Source: Basidiobolus ranarum
Lineage: Eukaryota
Direction: 5' to 3'
Assembly (NCBI GenBank): GCA_040143965.1
Contig: JASJQH010000001.1
Location: 1-64,000, forward strand
Length of the DNA: 64,000 bases
The notes beneath the pieces are model-generated. The model was given only the letters and a program-made list of their open reading frames with translations. It ran no database searches and was not told where the DNA came from. Made by a program: the position numbers and the translations under genes. Shown here piece by piece: positions 39,897-52,275 of the stretch (the first letter of the stretch is position 1; the number at the start of each line of letters is the position of its first letter).

Positions 39897-40398
39897 ATGA
39901 GTCAATGGTTGTAATTCCATAATATTGCTCTTGATGCCACATTATCCATCAGCGAACGTGCTCATCTGCACAGTTAGGGTTAGACGGTGTAAATGTGCAG
40001 ATAGATATGTAGATACGAGCGCAGATGTAGATACGCTGAGGTCTGAACAGGATTATACCTCAGCATTACTTGCTCAAAACTAGCCCAAGCCAATCATAGT
40101 AAGAAGTGTATATTTATCGGTTGTGGGTTATGGATTATGGGTTATGCGAGAAATCATCGCAAATGGCGTTTGAAGATCGAACAGTATCTTGCTGCACTGC
40201 AAATCTACATCTACCAATGGATACCACAGTACTTCAATGGGTTTTGACAAGATGTTCACCAATATGGGCAATTCAGGGGCTTCCGCTCGTGGTGTAACCC
40301 TTTTGCCCCGTTGTTCAGAAGATCTAAACCCTCTCCGCTCAATAATATTCCTTATCCGCCTTGGTGCCGAAAACTATTGGTCATAATGCTATGACTAA
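39897..40398. promoter_or_regulatory. Gcn4/CpcA-type elements upstream of DAHP synthase
   Basis: ATGAGTCAA at 39897 and ATGACTAA at 40391; TATATATAAG near 40495. Confidence 0.4.
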
Positions 40399-40613
40399 TT
40401 CTTGATCGTTCTTACTAGAGTTATGCTTTTGCCTATAACCGTCAATTTTTTTCATCGAATTGATAAGGAGCTATCCGGGTATACACTTAAGAGATATATA
40501 TAAGCCATCTGCTGAAGTGTAGACAATCATCCTTTGTGAGTTTTCTGCAATATCTTCATCAAAGTCCTCAAGCTACTATACCATAGACTTCTGTAAATTT
40601 TCCCTCTTTTAGA

Positions 40614-41774
40614 ATGACTTTTGAACAAACTGACGACCTCCGCATCTCTGGTTATGACCCTCTTCTGCCTCCACAAATTATTCAACAAGAACACCCACTT
40701 AGCGAAGTGGCAAGAAGCACTGTCCAGTTGGCTCGCCAGAAGGCGACTGCTGTCCTAAAGGGCGAAGATGACAAAGTTATTGTAGTTGTTGGTCCTTGCT
40801 CTATCCACGATATCAAAGCCGCCAAGGAATACGGTTAGTAAATATTGATACCGCACTTTAATTGAATTGAATTGAATTAACAAGAATCGTATCCTATAAT
40901 AGCACAAAAACTTCATGAAGTTACTGCGAAATATGAAAATGAACTTGTTATTATCATGCGCGCTTATTTCGAAAAACCTCGTACCACCGTCGGCTGGAAG
41001 GGTCTGATTAATGATCCATTCCTTGATGGAAGTTTCCAAATTAACAAAGGGCTTCGTATTGCCCGTCAGTTGTTAATTGATATTACCTCCATGGGAGTTC
41101 CCGTAGGCTCTGAGTTATTAGATACTATCTCTCCACAATTCCTGGCTGATCTGATTTCTTGGGGAGCCATTGGCGCTAGAACCACAGAGTGTCAGCTTCA
41201 TCGTGAGCTTGCCTCTGGTGTTTCTTTCCCAGTAGGATTTAAGAATGGAACTGATGGTAATGCTGGTATAGCTCTGGATGCAATTCGCGCTGCCTCTCAT
41301 CCTCACCATTTCCTTGGTGTTACCAAGCAGGGATTGGCTGCCATTACCAACACTTCAGGTAACGATAGCTGTCATATTATTTTGCGTGGTGGCAATACAG
41401 GACCCAACTATGAAAAGAAACACATTGCTGGTATTCGTGAAGACTTACGCAAAGCCAAGTTAAGAGAAGTAATCATGGTTGATTGTAGCCACGGAAATAG
41501 TTCCAAGCTTCACACTAATCAGCCCAAAGTCTGCTCAAATCTCGCTCAACAAATTGCTGGTGGAGATACCTCCATTGTTGGCCTAATGATTGAAAGTAAC
41601 TTAGTCGCTGGCAGACAAGACATCCCTAAAGAAGGGCCCGAAACCCTTACTTACGGGCAGAGTATTACCGATGCCTGTGTTGATTGGGAGTGTACAGTTG
41701 GTATGTTGGATGAATTAGCTCACGCTGTTCAACAACGTAGAAGTTTACGCACCAACGGAAACGGAAATTATTAA
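40614..41774 (+). CDS. ARO4: Type I-alpha DAHP synthase, probably Tyr-sensitive, 2 exons
   Basis: VGPCSIHD, RAYFEKPRTTVGWKGLINDP, IGARTTE, DCSHGNS, YGQSITDAC. Gly in HHFLGVTK corresponds to the Aro4-type specificity residue. Confidence 0.93.
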
Positions 41775-42846
41775 ACTTTTCCAATCACAATATGATTCAA
41801 GCTTACAAGTTCTCATAGTATTGGAATTAGTATGTGAATAGTAGTCCCGTTGTTAATATATACATTTACCGCCTTTATTCATGGTCTTTTATACCTTTCA
41901 AATATCACATAATAAACACTCATCCACAAAGTATCTTTCTTCCTACAATAGTCATTGCTCTGACCTACCCAGTCCATTGAGTAATAATCTGGCTAATGAT
42001 TCACAGTCTCACCTTTAACTATGTGCCCCTTTGATACCATATGAACACGCAATAATTTGGCTAAATATGGTATGTACCGCACAATCTATAGAACGAACAA
42101 TGGTCGAAGGAGGGGGGTTGTCGGTAAAATCCTTACAAAGAAACTAAGTTGATCGTCCGTAAGCTGGCGAATCAGAAGAGAGACAGACTAAGGGTATTGA
42201 AGTCCAATATTGGGTGAAGTGAAAAATTAGGGCGATATCAATTCTCCATTGGAAGAATCGTTGTGATGAATAAATTGACTTTTTTGTTGATGGCTTGATA
42301 ATGCTCGAAATAGCCACCCTTAAAGACAAAGAAATATTAATAGCAATGCAGTCTATATACCCGACAACGCTTAAAAATTAGCGCCAACTTTATTACGTCC
42401 AACGTTACATCTGTTGGGACTACCATCTCATTAGTTAGAAAAACTGTGCAATCGCCAGCAGTTGATGATCTTTAAGATATCGTCATTGCTACCATTGAAA
42501 ACCCCCATTGTAAAGGATGCAGTGCATTGAATGAAAATAAGTGAAAAGTCGCACAGCTTAATAGGCCCATACTACTACTAGTTTTCTGTCTAATCTATAA
42601 ACAACCAAAACCTGATTCCCACCACTCACATTCCAAGTCGAGGGACTTGATGGTGGTACAATTTTAATTACTGCAACTCCAATATATTTACTTGGGATTT
42701 TTACCAGTCTACTAGCCAAGCTTCACTCACCTATAAAGTTTGAAGTATGGCTCCTGCAACTATGAAAATAAGCGCTTATCTTTTTCATTCTCTTAGTGCA
42801 GGACACCTACCTTTTCTTTCCTTTTTCTATTGTACCATCTCTCAGT

Positions 42847-43665
42847 ATGTGGGGAAAAAATCTTATCACTCTTGCTATTCTTTCACTTGCCTGCGCCGTC
42901 AATGTTCAGGGTCATTCTTACCTAACCGGTCCTGACCCACGTGTTAGACAAGGTCAATGTCGCCTTGATGGAAAAACATTTACTGGTTCAAACCCAAAGA
43001 AATGCTCTGGACCATGTGAAAGCACTGTCTTGACTCCTTTGAACAAACGCGCGGTATACCAAAGAGGTCAGGAACTCAGTGTATCTTGGGCACGTAACAA
43101 TCACCCTGGTGGTTTTGTTCGCCTTGCCTTTGCTAAGACCTCCAAATCTGGTAGTTCCAGTGAATTCGACAAAAATGTTCACAAATACTCTTGTTATGAA
43201 GCCGGGCCTGGATGCCGTGGTCAAAGTGACAAGAACAATAATGACAAATTAGGCGGCAGTACCAAGAACTGTAATACTGCTATATACATTCCAAAGTGGC
43301 TTGAAGATGGTGAGTGGACTCTCCAATGGTCTTGGTATGGCTCCATGCAAGGTCATGGTGACTTTTACTCCTGCTCTGACATTGTCATTAAGGGTGGCCC
43401 TAAGGGAGCTAGTCAAGGTGCTGCATTCGAGGGCGGTGACCCACGTAATCCTAATAAGCAACTTTGTGCTATCGGTTGGGGTGACCGTCTTGGTGTCTGT
43501 AAGTGGAACAGATGCTGGGATACCCAGAACAAGAAATCCCGCGAACCTTTTGTCAAGAAAGGATGGAATACTAATGTTGTCATCAATGCTCCTCCTTACT
43601 CGAAAACTCCTCTGAAGATGTTACCCGGCCGTAATCCTGCTACCAACAAATCAACCCCTTGGTAG
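42847..43665 (+). CDS. Secreted Cys-rich protein with predicted N-terminal histidine brace (LPMO-like), intronless, 272 aa
   Basis: Signal peptide MWGKNLITLAILSLACAVNVQG followed by His1 (codon 42913): HSYLTGPDPR, then W..NNHPGG, TLQWSW and FYSCSDIVI. Confidence 0.75.
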   Translation: MWGKNLITLAILSLACAVNVQGHSYLTGPDPRVRQGQCRLDGKTFTGSNPKKCSGPCESTVLTPLNKRAVYQRGQELSVSWARNNHPGGFVRLAFAKTSKSGSSSEFDKNVHKYSCYEAGPGCRGQSDKNNNDKLGGSTKNCNTAIYIPKWLEDGEWTLQWSWYGSMQGHGDFYSCSDIVIKGGPKGASQGAAFEGGDPRNPNKQLCAIGWGDRLGVCKWNRCWDTQNKKSREPFVKKGWNTNVVINAPPYSKTPLKMLPGRNPATNKSTPW

Positions 43666-45278
43666 TTTAGGTTTCTTTCAACTTTTATCATTTACTAGTT
43701 TTGGTTAATAACATAATATTTGGAGCAATAAAAACATCCTCTTAAACCATAACATGTGTAATTCGTAATGTTTAAGAATATCCATAATTGCACTAATAAT
43801 CATACAATGTTAGTTAGGCACACTGGTAGCATATTGAAGCAGCTAGAATGAAATAGAAACCCGTAACGCCACATTTGAATATCAGTAGTGATTTGTTTAT
43901 GCGTCAAGTTAGAGAAATCATCATTTAACAGGATACAGCAAGGGAGTGGACATTCATTTATTATCTATTCATGAATGCAATAATACTGAATATACATGCT
44001 GGAACTCGATAGATTAGATTGTATGAGGCGTTGGGCTGACTTAGGTATGATGATGCACCTTTGTCTAGCTTCCATCATCAACCATCCATTGAAATATGCA
44101 CTTAGGAAGGTACCGTGACTCTGTAATGCGACCAAGAGCCTATTTAGACAAGATTGAATTATTTCATAACCAAACTGGTTATCTGAATTCTCGCCAGCAG
44201 CATATTCCAAGTGTACTACTTAGATAACTCCAATCAGGAGTTCGTTCCTTGCAAGTGATCATGACCTCAATCTCGTGGAAAAGCATTGTACACCATGATA
44301 AGTTTTCTAAAAATCAGTAATAAAAACGGAAGAAGTATGTAGTGTCAAGTGAATTTCAGTTAAAAAACCCAACTGGTGGTACTAGCCAGAGGCTATCTGA
44401 ATTAAACTTGATTCTCTTTGTGTGATCAGAGGGGAACTGTTTTAGAATGCCCTAAGTTGTGATTGGAAACTCCCTGACCAAACTTCGATTGGGCTTGGAG
44501 GGACAGGAGAAGAATGGATTGGTCTAATCTTCCATAGAAAACTATATACTTCATTCGTATAGTCACACAAATTTATGGCAGCGGAACTCTTGTATCCAAT
44601 TGATGCTGCTTTCATTTATTTACCATCAATCAATCGGTTTCCGAAAACCCCGACGATCACCTCTTTAGTGTGCGGAATAGACAAAAAAGCAAGGCTTGTT
44701 GTATAGAGCACAGCGAAAGTAGTATGCTCATGCTAATCATGATAAAGTGGCATATTTCGGCTAGTATTATTAAATCTCCCCCAGACTTTATTGTTCTACC
44801 AGGCGAACAACTATCCCCATAGAGTCGAGGTTCTTTAGCTGTACTCGAAGCTCAATTTAATTCACAGACCACAAATGAATACAATGCTGTAAAGGGGATC
44901 AGCAAATCTGTAGAACTATTAATAGCCCAATGAAATACAATATTAAACTATTCATTAGTTAATCAACCATAGAAGTTTATGTACCTCCTCAGGTTCCACA
45001 GCTTAAATTGAACTGGTTTGGAGACGAAAGTGGGGGTTCAAGGCAAGAATTCCTTGGCTATAGTTAGGCAAGTGGTTCCACCAGATTATAAACTTAAATA
45101 TGTACTGCTGCCCCACCCTTCCTCATTACTTATCGTTTGATATTTTTATTTATCACACCCCCTTCTCCTTCCTCTACAGACGCTTGGTCGTCCGCATACA
45201 CTCTAATTTCATCAGACCTTTGACACTGCTTGTTGTCTCTAATTACATTTTCAACTCTTCCGCATTTATTAGTATATC

Positions 45279-46569
45279 ATGAGAATATCCGCACAATCTT
45301 TAGTGATTTTGGGTTTAGCCGCTTCTTCTTTAGGCAATAACACCTGTAAGGTTCCTTCACCCAAAACCCACGTATCTTATCGTGCTTCGGGACCCATTGT
45401 ACTTGATGGAAAACTCGATGATGAAGCTTGGAAAAAGGTTCCTTGGACTGAGAACTTTGGTAATATTTTGGGCGCTGCTGGCACACCCCCTCCATCAATG
45501 ATGAATACCCGCGTGAAGGTAAGTCGATATCTTCAAGCTATAATAGTTCTGCGATAGTTACTCATTTTCCTTCCTGTAGATTATGTTTGATGAGGAATAC
45601 ATCTATGTTGGAGCTCAGATTGACGAGGAAATTATCCGCGCCAAGCCCGAGTGTGGTGACAAAGGTACTTAAGATTAATTTTACATTCAATTCGGTCCAG
45701 ATGTTAACTCATTAATATTTGCAGCCTGGGATGATAATGACTTCCAATTCTATCTCGATGCTGATCGCTCCAATAGAAATCTCAAAGTAATCAAGATGAA
45801 TGCTTTGGGTGTCTATGACTCGGTCATTTATGATAAACCACCCAGCAACAACGGTGTTGCCAAGCCTTGGGATATCAAATCTAAGTTTGAATTTAAGGTA
45901 TACACCAATGGCCAAGTTAATGACCCTAGATGGCGTAGGGTTAAGGGTGGTTTCTGGTCAGTCGAGTGGAAGCTTCACAAGAGCCTTTTATCTAATAAGG
46001 CCCTCGGTAAGCGTGACGTAGAAGGCGTTCCAGCATACCAGAATATGAACTTCTTGCGTACTGGTTACAACCCTACCTCCGTTTATCCTCTCCCCGACCA
46101 AAGCAATGCCACCAGCACTGCTTCTCTCTTCTTCGGAATTCCACCGGTATTCAACTTCTCAGGTATGATGAAGCGTCATCAAGTCACTGCTAAGTATCAA
46201 TTCTCTTGGACTCCACAATACTCTAATGACCCTACCAACCCTGATCTCTGGGGTCATATGGAGTTCAAGGATACCACCGATACCTCCATTCCCTTCGTTG
46301 AAGATCCTAACTACTCTACTCGCTACGCTCTTATGCAAGTATACTATGCTCAACAAGCCTATGCAGCCAAAAACCATGGCAAGTACGCCAATGTGTACTC
46401 TAAGTTGAACATTGATTCTGAAGTTATCGGCAAGTGCGTTGCCGTTCCTAAGATCCAAGTATCCCATGACTGCCTCAACTTCGACGCTTTCATTAAGAAG
46501 AACAAGGTTGTTGGTGCCATCAACGACAGCCGTGAGATCAACTTCAAGGCTCGCTTGGCTCAGAATTAG
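45279..46569 (+). CDS. Secreted CBM9-like/DOMON-like sugar-binding domain protein, 3 exons
   Basis: Exons 45279-45518, 45580-45664 and 45725-46569. Signal peptide, then PKTHVSYRASGPIVLDGKLDDEAWKKVPWTENF, TRVK|IMFDEEYIYVGA, DNDF, WSVEWK, SWTPQ....NPDLWGHMEF, ALMQVYYAQ. Confidence 0.75.
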
Positions 46570-47845
46570 TTCCGCCTTTTTTGGATTTCATCACATTTAC
46601 ACTGATCAATTCTTCATACATTAGGAATTTTTTAATCAGTTTTTGTTACTCTTAATTATGTATTACATTTCGTGTCCTTTTTGATTGCTTCGCTCCATTA
46701 CCATTACATAAGTAGCCCTTACTGCGTAACTCTTATTCTTATTAAAATTGGTGATTAAAATCATTCATTTGAACTTACTATTATACCAGCCTAGAATCTG
46801 TAGTCGTTACAAGCTATTTTGACAAGTATAGGCTTCGGTATTTTTCTAGTTCATGTTCAGTCACTTGTTAGGCCTCTTTATTTGCATTATTCGGATAGTA
46901 CTCTCACAAGAAGATGGTTTCGCTCAAAGATATTGTACTCCTATAGTATTGCTAACTCTATTTCTACTTGATTAAGCGAGGCGTGAATGTTCCTTCTAGC
47001 CCATCTCTTACAAAGACCATCAAAAAGCGTGCTTGCTTAGTAATAACGAACTGGCATGATTTCAAGCAGCTCTATTCCATTATATTGAGCCCAGGCCTAA
47101 TAACCCCTGGCTCGATGGAACAAGTCTAATGTGAACAAAATGTAGTATGGATTATGAAATCGTATGAATCATTCTTTTGTATGTGAAACAATCCACTCCC
47201 CCGCCTCCTAGGATTGGTTCTTTTTTCTCCGACTTGCTTACCACACCGATTGTTAGCTATATAGAGAAAGTCTTAAAATATACTGATCCCTGTTACCCAA
47301 TCAAGAATCCTTGGAGCCATACTGAGTAAGCTTATTTAGTTGTATTGCTCGTTTGAGCAGCAAGTTCATCCGCTTGATACTCGTTAGTTATTCGCTGATT
47401 ACTCCATTATATTAGTCAATAGATTATGTAAAATAAACCCCAAGCATATGGCCTTTTGTTTCAGTTTGATGTTATGTAAGCATATTATATGACTCAAAAA
47501 TGGATTTTTGTGTCTGACGTGGTTGGTCTACAGGCAGGTGTATTTTCCATTAAAAGAAAGAGAGCAAGATCCGATTACTATGGTGTAATTTGCTATTATT
47601 GACTGAAAATTATCATTGATTCAATGGGGAGAAAATGCCAGTCTAGCGTGGTATTGGGTTGTTTGATTTAGCTCCATCAAACGCATTTAGCAGCTCTCTA
47701 TTGGATAAACTTCTGAGACGAAATGATCATCTCGGTTTGAGATTTGTTGAAGGCTTAATTTTTCAAGTAACTTAACAGTAAGATCCCGTAATCTCCTTAT
47801 AATTTGGCCGTTGGCAACTATCTATCAGACCCTTTCATAGAAATT

Positions 47846-50578
47846 ATGTTGTCAGAGAACACCTTACCCCATGTGCTAGAAAACATCAAGAGGGATTTGA
47901 AAAATGGAGTTATCGAATCAGCCAAAATGAAACTGATTCCAATTGTGAATGATTACGAATGGGTTTTTGAAGTTCAAGTTTGTTTTCTTTTCCATATTCT
48001 CAAGATAAAGCGAACAAGGATTTTAACTAGACCTTTCTTTTGAAGCTACTTCTACTTGAGATAAATCTTGCTGTGAGAGATTTTCATAAAGCAATGCAAA
48101 TCTTTGCACACATGTAAGTCTACATTTTTTACTGCTTTTATGTAAAAAATATCTTTAATTTTTACCCGTAGGCGAGTGAAGTTCAGAAATGAAGAAATTT
48201 ATAAAGAATTAATATGCCGTATTGTTTACTCTGGTTTACTTGGATCAACAGAAGAACACGCAGGTAAAGTTAATTTTCTTGTACTAAAATAAATTTCGTC
48301 TGATCCTAATATGAGTATTTATTTGGGGTTGTTAGAACTCTTTCGTCAAATACCTAGGGATATACGGAGAGAATTACTAGTTGAAGTAGGAGGTATTTAC
48401 CCTTCTCTATTGCTCAAGCCACTACCACTTGTATTGATATTTTTATGTTGAAAGACATTTATACAAAGCAAAATCGCCTATTTGATGCGTCGCGCATATA
48501 TACATTCATTTGTTACCTATTTCCTCATTTGACACCTCGTTATGGAGTAAGTTAGTTAACCATATGACAACTTAGGGGTTTTTCTGACCGCTTTTATTTA
48601 TCATAGTTACTAGCTGCTGATTTGGTACTCAGGGCAGAAAAAGAGTCTCAACCCTTACTCCCCGTAAATACTTATCGTCGTTTCTTGCGTAAGAGTTTCT
48701 TTATGGAGTTTTTTTATTAGAGGATATTTTAACGAAACCTATTTTCTAGTATACGGAGTCTTGGCCCAAATTTTTGCTGATAAAGTTAATTGTCACAGTC
48801 TGGAGACTCCAGGGCTTAACGCAAATATATCCAAGTTGACTACGATATCACACGAATGCTTGTTAGAATGGATGAGACTTCACCAGGCATATTACATAGC
48901 TCAAATTGAATGGAAGACGATGCATCAATCCTTTATTCATATTTCTAAACAATGCGGATTCCTTCCTGAAAATTGGTACTCTATTCCTTCTCCAGAGCTG
49001 TTCATGCTACCGCAACCATTACTAATTAACACCGATCTATAGCCAAATATCGTCCGTAGAACCAGATGTAGACTCAAATCTCTTTTTCCCCGACGTTCTT
49101 TTGGAATCACTTCGCCTCAATGAATACGCCTTACCAACACAATTTAAATCCCTATTTTTGGCATCATGTTTTGTTCAAATATGCTTCGAATATCAATCAT
49201 TAATATTCAATCCTCTTAAGCTCAATGGTAGCATTCATATACGTACTATAGTGCACTTGGTTCATTACTAACTTCATTTTCAGAGTGCTCTATTCCAGTT
49301 GGTGAAGCCAAGTCAGAAAAGAAAGCTAAAAAGGTCAAATCTAGTAAATCTACACGAAGCAAACAGAAAGCCAAAGCCATGTCGGTGAGTAATTTAGTCG
49401 ATTCATCAACTCCCGCATCTACACCCGAAGGTAAATAAGAAGTTTTGGTTTATTTCTTGGATAGAGTTCTAAGTAGCTGATGGTTATTTAAATAGAAATC
49501 TTGAAAGCAACAGCCCAGGCCACAGGTACCTTACGTAAGGCTCAAGAGCTTCTCACTTTACTAGAAAGTCTCAATGGTGGTGGTACTTTGGATCAGGTGA
49601 TCAATGACTGGGCTCTACCTTTTCACATTGTAAACGCAATTCTTCTTTGCAAAGCAGACATCCAATTGATGGAGGTAAGTGTGACTTCGTATGGTTGAAG
49701 TATGTTCGTTCATTAATTAACAGGATCAATTTTGTAGATGAAATATTCAGACTCGCAAGCCAGCTACATAATACTATCAGATAGATGCCAAACCAGATGG
49801 CGGGAGAAGAAGGAGATCCTAGATGGAACCTCGATACTATTCCATCCTCTCTATCAATTCCGTCTTCTTTATTCGCTCAGTCTAAGTGGTGAACATATGG
49901 GGGATTTCAAGGTTCGCCATATTACAGATTATTTCAATCATTCAGTTCCTAATTTGTTACCAGATTGCTCGAAAGCACATCTTCCCAATTCTATATTCAG
50001 GGTTGCCATGTCAATTCAGTGACTTGTCCTTTGAAATCGAAAAGTTCTCTAAATTTCGACTCAAGCCTGTTACTTCTTCTGAACTATTGAGCCGCAGTAT
50101 ACAGCGTCTAGTAACTTTATATACAGCCGAGATTGAGCTAAATGGGTTTAATAACGACTTGATAGGGGATCTTTTGGTGCTACTTCAGTTCGATGAATCC
50201 CAATTAACAGATAGACTTCAATGGATTTCTCAGTTACTCATTCAGAATGGCTCTTTTGTTTACCGGGAATTTTTCCACTTCATCTTTTCTGAGGCAATAA
50301 TACAACAGGTGTTTCAAGTCAAGAATCTAAATGCGTTATTATATTCACTGTTGCCAGTAAAATCAAACACCGACTCCTCCCAACAAAGTGTATTTGAAGT
50401 ATCACAGATCGAACAGAACCGTACACTTGAAGCACATTTACAGCTTGCACTCGAGAAGACCCCCAAAAAGATGATGTTACTTAGAGAATTTTCCAGAAGA
50501 TCATACCTCCGAGACCAAGGAATGCCTGCCACTATGTGGCAACGCAATATATTTACAGTTGGTGAATTTTGGCGCTGA
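47846..50578 (+). CDS. INTS10: Integrator complex subunit 10-like protein, about 12 exons
   Basis: Spliced blocks SAKMKLI......VFEVQ, ELFRQIPRDIRRELL, LFPHLTPRYG|LLAADLVLRAEKESQPLLPVNTYRRFL and DLIGDLLVLLQFD...IQNGSFVYREFFHFI parallel the human INTS10 blocks as I recall them. Confidence 0.72.
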
Positions 50579-51104
50579 AAAGCACAACCATCTTACGTAC
50601 ATCATCGTACCTCAACACTGTTTATATATATATATATATTTATACTTGACAACTACCCTGAAAACTGGCTGGAAGCTTATTTTAGTTGTTAAGAAACCGT
50701 AATATCTATCCAAGAGTGACATTTAGTAACCTTAAGACATTTGTCCAATCGAGTTAGATAGCGAATGGATTCTTGTTCATCTGTCTGTAAATATAAGTTT
50801 TATGATCAAGCTTGCTCAGATTGTCTATATATATGGCTATTTCATGTTACTGACCGATGAATTGGATATGGTTATAGCTATGGGGATGGACATTCCATAC
50901 AATAGCATTGAATAAAAGTCGTTCTTGTTTAGAAAGTCCACTGATATTTTAGAATTTTTAGGGATTTATTGACGCTAAGAAAATTTCCGAATTTCCACAA
51001 AAACATTTATCTACATTAATAAGAATTGGACAGGTCAAGTGAAGGAATGATGGAATAGCATAACATCAGACTTCTTATAAATGAGATGCTACAGATCGAT
51101 CAAT

Positions 51105-52275
51105 TCACAAAGCAGCTTGAACGGTCTGTCCACCTTCCCAGGATTCACCAGGGTTTAGTTTAATGGGGTTCACTACAGTACCGCATTCAATACAGATCAT
51201 ATTCTTATATTCATCATCTCCAAAGTCCGCCATACCATTGGCCTTCTCTACCCATGGATTCCAAACTACGGTGTCCTCCAAGTTGTTCTTTTTGATTAAC
51301 AAAGCTCTGCCGTTACCATCATCGAGCTTTACTTCAAGAGATGTAACGTTTTGGTAAACGCTGTCTACTTCACCATCGACATGGATAGTAGAACGGTCCT
51401 CATGGACTTCAGCTACTTTCACTTTGTCGGTATATTTGTATCCATGTAATCCACTGACTGAAGCTTTGGTAACATCCTATACATGATGTGTTAAAAGAGA
51501 TCACCGATAAGAATCATTATATAAATATATTAAACTTACAGGAACTTGGAAATAGGTATGGAGTAAGGTAGTAAAATCAAAGGATTTACCACCTTCGGGA
51601 GATTCAACATTTTTAACGGTTAAAGTAGTCTCCATAGTATCAGCCTTCAATACAATGGTATAGATCAATTCAAAAGCAAAGGGCCAAATTTTACGGAAAT
51701 CAGGACCGATTTGAACGTCATTCAAACCTAAAGTAATCGCAACATAGATTAATTATAGATATTCAGGAAAGAGTTTAGAATAATAATATACTAACCAAAG
51801 CGAACTTTGACTTCATCTTCAGCTCCAACTACAGTACCTAACCATTGCCAACGAGTGACTCTGGCGAAACCGTGTTGTGGTAGACCTGAGGCTGGATTAG
51901 GTGCCTCGGCTTTGCCGAAATTTGGGAAAACGAGTGGAATTCTATTATAGTTAAATAGCTTAGTTCGCTGAAATCAATACAAACAGAAGTGTATTTTCAC
52001 TTACCCGCCTCGAATAGCTTTGGTACCGTTAAGGATGGCTTTTTTACTATAGTTCAATAAGAAGTAAAGTTCAGAAGTTTGTTACCTATCTTATTCATGA
52101 AATACAATACCAACCTAACAAATAGTCTTTCAACATCCTTGACCTTCCAACTAGTTACAGTAGCTCCGTAAAGACTGATAGTAGCAGTAGCACCTTCCGG
52201 GTGAGTGAGGACCACTTGATCAGGTGAACCATCTTCGGCTTGAATGATTTTAACTGCTTTTCCAGACCAAGACAT
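51105..52275 (-). CDS. Glucose-6-phosphate 1-epimerase (aldose 1-epimerase family, YMR099C-like), 5 exons
   Basis: LYGATVTSWK, AIRGG|IPLVFPNFG, LPQHGFAR, LLHTYF, VVWNPW.EKA..MADFG, MICIE. Confidence 0.92.

Noticed and set aside
39300-39950. Stop-interrupted minus-strand reading stretches between MIM1 and ARO4, possibly a transposon relic
   Set aside because: No recognisable transposase or RT motif, terminal repeat or target-site duplication.
40035-40064. GCTGAGGTCTGAACAGGATTATACCTCAGC resembles parts of a TPP riboswitch (CUGAG, CUGAACAGG.UAAU.CCU) and forms an 8-bp hairpin
   Set aside because: The P2 3' strand and J2/4 segment between UGAGA and CUGA are missing, there is no P1/P4 closure, and the neighbouring gene (DAHP synthase) is not thiamine-related.
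43965-44280. Minus-strand fragment HEIEVM.../LEYAAGE... reminiscent of a protein-kinase hinge
   Set aside because: Only about 6 residues match, it needs a frameshift and a stop, and no HRD or DFG motif follows. Not supportable as a pseudogene.
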